Shown here: positions 62,080 through 64,000 of the stretch, piece after piece
Position numbering within the stretch: the stretch's first letter is position 1
Layout of the letters: each line of letters starts with the position of its first letter
Assembly (NCBI GenBank): GCA_035511075.1
Contig: DATKFW010000108.1
Location: forward strand, 66,085 to 130,084
Direction: 5' to 3'
Origin: Vulcanimicrobiaceae bacterium
GTDB taxonomy: Bacteria > Verrucomicrobiota > Verrucomicrobiia > Limisphaerales > Palsa-1400
DNA: 64,000 nucleotides
Made by a program: the position numbers and the translations under genes
The notes under the pieces: model-generated
Database searches by the model: none
Told to the model about the DNA's origin: nothing
Seen by the model: only the letters and a program-made list of their open reading frames with translations

Positions 62080-64000
62080 CTACACTTCGAGGCGATCGTC
62101 GGAACGGGCGACCAGGAGGTAGAGGGCCGGCATGAGGAAAATGCTTATCAAAAGACGGGTGAAAAGCCCGCTCACGATCACCAGCGCGAAGGGGCGCTGG
62201 GAATCGGTGCCGACTCCCGTGGCCATCGCCGCCGGCAAAAGCCCGAGCGCCGCCACTAGCGCGGTCATCATAATGGGCCGGAGCCTCAGGATGGCCCCTT
62301 CGCGGGTGGATTGGGCAATGCCGCCGCCGTCACGGCGCAGTTCATTGACGTACGAGATATAGACCACCGCCGTCTGCACGGAAACGCCAAACAAGGCCAG
62401 AAAGCCGATGCCCGACGAGACGGAGAACGGGGTGTGCGTCAGCCAAAGCGCCACGATCCCGCCTACCGGTGCTGTCAATAATACTCCGAGCACCGTGATG
62501 AAGGGGAACTTCAAGTTGCTGTAGAGGGCGAACAGGAGCAGAAAAATCAGAAACAGCGTCAGGGGCAGGATGAGGCGGAGTTGGGCGCGCGAGGCCGTGT
62601 ATTCGGTGTATTCACCGCCCCAATCCAGGTAGTAGCCCTCCGGCAAGGGCACCGCCGCCTTGACCTGCGCCCTGGCGTCGTTGACCGCTCCGGCCAGATC
62701 GCGCCCTTCGACGGAAAATTGCACCCCGATGTAGCGGGAATTGCTTTCGCGATAAATGAAGGCGGCGCTGTTTTCCACGTGGATGTCGGCGAATTCCCGG
62801 AGTGGGACCTGCTGGCCGTCGGGGGTGGCGACGAGAATGCCGCCGATTTGTTCGGGCGTGCCGCGGAACGGTTCGGCCAGCCGGACCACCAGATCGAACT
62901 GCTTTTCCCCCTGCACCACCTGGGTGGCCGCGGTGCCGCCGACGGCGGCCTGGATCAATCCGTTGATGTCGGCGACATTCAAGCCGTAGCGGGCAATTTT
63001 GGCGCGGTTGATATTGACGGCCAGACTCGGCTGGCCCAACTCCTGCACGAGGGTGACGTCTTTGATGCCGCGCACTTGTTCCACGATTTTCTTGATGGCT
63101 TTGCCCTTGCTTTCCAGCGTGTTGAGGTCCGGCCCGAAAATCTTGACGGCCAGCGAGCTTTTCAAGCCGGTTTCCGCCTCGTCCACCGCGTCCTCGGCGG
63201 GCTGGGTATAGTTAAAAATGATTCCCGGGAAGGCCTGGAGCTTTTGGTTGATGGCCTCAATCAACTGGGGCTTGGTTCGATAGGCGCCCTTCCATTGGGC
63301 GTAGGGTTTGAGACCTACATAGTATTCGCAGTTGAAAAAGCCGGTGGGGTCCGTGCCGTCGTCCGGACGTCCGTGCTCGTCGGCGACGGTAGTGACTTCG
63401 GGAAAGGAGCGGAGAATATTTCGGACTTGCGGGGAAATCTTGGCGGATTCCTCGAAAGAAACGGTGTAAGGCATGGTGGCGCGGACCCAGAGCGCCCCTT
63501 CGTCCAATTGGGGCATGAATTCCGCGCCGACCGACGGGATAAGCAGCAGCGAAGCGGCCAGCACCAGCGCGCTGCAGATCGTGGCAAACCACGGGTGGGC
63601 CAGGCAAAAATCCAGGCCGGTGATGTAGGCCGCCTTAACGGCCTCGTACACCGGATTACGCCGCTCCCGCACTCCTTTGCGCAAGGCCCACGAACAAATC
63701 ACCGGCAAAAACGTGAGCGTCAACAATAACGAACCAATCAAGGCGAAGATCATGGTGTCGGCCATGGGGGTGAACAATTTCCCCGACGGACCGGACAACA
63801 CATAAATGGGGAGGAACCCCGCCACGATTACAGCCACGGCGTAAAAAATCGGGCGGTCCACCTCGGCGGCGGCCTCCACGATGACTTCCCGAATGTGAAG
63901 AGGCTGGCCCGAGCGCGCCGCCACCCGGCGGAAAATATTCTCCACCATGACCACCGCGCCATCCACCAGAATGCCGAAGTCCACCGCCCCGATGGAGAGC
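62080..64000 (-). CDS. Heavy-metal-type RND efflux permease (CusA/CzcA family), C-terminal ~640 aa; 5' end outside the window
   Basis: ...DFGILVDGAVVMVENIFRR..., second periplasmic loop and TM7-12, ...LFTRLLISIFLMPALYLLV. The reading frame stays open to the window end at 64000. Confidence 0.85.
   Translation of the reverse strand, partial: LSIGAVDFGILVDGAVVMVENIFRRVAARSGQPLHIREVIVEAAAEVDRPIFYAVAVIVAGFLPIYVLSGPSGKLFTPMADTMIFALIGSLLLTLTFLPVICSWALRKGVRERRNPVYEAVKAAYITGLDFCLAHPWFATICSALVLAASLLLIPSVGAEFMPQLDEGALWVRATMPYTVSFEESAKISPQVRNILRSFPEVTTVADEHGRPDDGTDPTGFFNCEYYVGLKPYAQWKGAYRTKPQLIEAINQKLQAFPGIIFNYTQPAEDAVDEAETGLKSSLAVKIFGPDLNTLESKGKAIKKIVEQVRGIKDVTLVQELGQPSLAVNINRAKIARYGLNVADINGLIQAAVGGTAATQVVQGEKQFDLVVRLAEPFRGTPEQIGGILVATPDGQQVPLREFADIHVENSAAFIYRESNSRYIGVQFSVEGRDLAGAVNDARAQVKAAVPLPEGYYLDWGGEYTEYTASRAQLRLILPLTLFLIFLLLFALYSNLKFPFITVLGVLLTAPVGGIVALWLTHTPFSVSSGIGFLALFGVSVQTAVVYISYVNELRRDGGGIAQSTREGAILRLRPIMMTALVAALGLLPAAMATGVGTDSQRPFALVIVSGLFTRLLISIFLMPALYLLVARSDDRLEV

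Noticed and set aside
62581-63729. 382-aa plus-strand ORF
   Set aside because: Antisense to the CzcA-family permease.

Overview
High-GC bacterial chromosomal window with about 55 protein genes, one tRNA, no rRNA and no CRISPR array. Three prepilin-type 'FTLIELLVV...' proteins with H-X9-DG-like C-termini, plus many large secreted repeat proteins, suggest a Verrucomicrobia/PVC-type genome; this is an inference from family content, not a search result.

Housekeeping genes recognised from signature motifs:
- fumC, queG, aroK
- rpmI-rplT-pheS
- cbiX-like chelatase, then nnr, an unknown gene, adk and fmt
- prc/tail-specific protease
- ribD-ribE and a CDA-type deaminase
- recG, an FPP/GGPP synthase, and an OPT transporter
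- two RND efflux loci, the second truncated by the right edge

Accessory or unusual content:
1. A minus-strand surface-protein operon at the left edge: an NHL propeller fused to a reprolysin-like metalloprotease, a 1,200-aa repeat adhesin, and a partial ORF missing from the supplied track.
2. A duplicated pair of FlgD-Ig secreted proteins interleaved with pilin-like H-X9-DG proteins (17.9-23.9 kb).
3. A 517-bp MITE-like insertion with terminal inverted repeats and an 8-bp target duplication. Its uninterrupted target sequence survives 2.4 kb away.
4. A GxxExxY (PD-(D/E)XK) gene embedded in CGCAAAGA 9-mer inverted and direct repeats.
5. tRNA-Leu(GAG) followed by a truncated ORF6N gene, next to an HTH-XRE::REC fusion.
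6. An ECF sigma factor fused to a polytopic membrane domain.
7. Two apparent frameshifted genes.

Most other long ORFs in the track are antisense or alternative-frame shadows of these genes, as expected in GC-rich DNA. All functional calls rest on motifs I can read in the translations. No database search was run.
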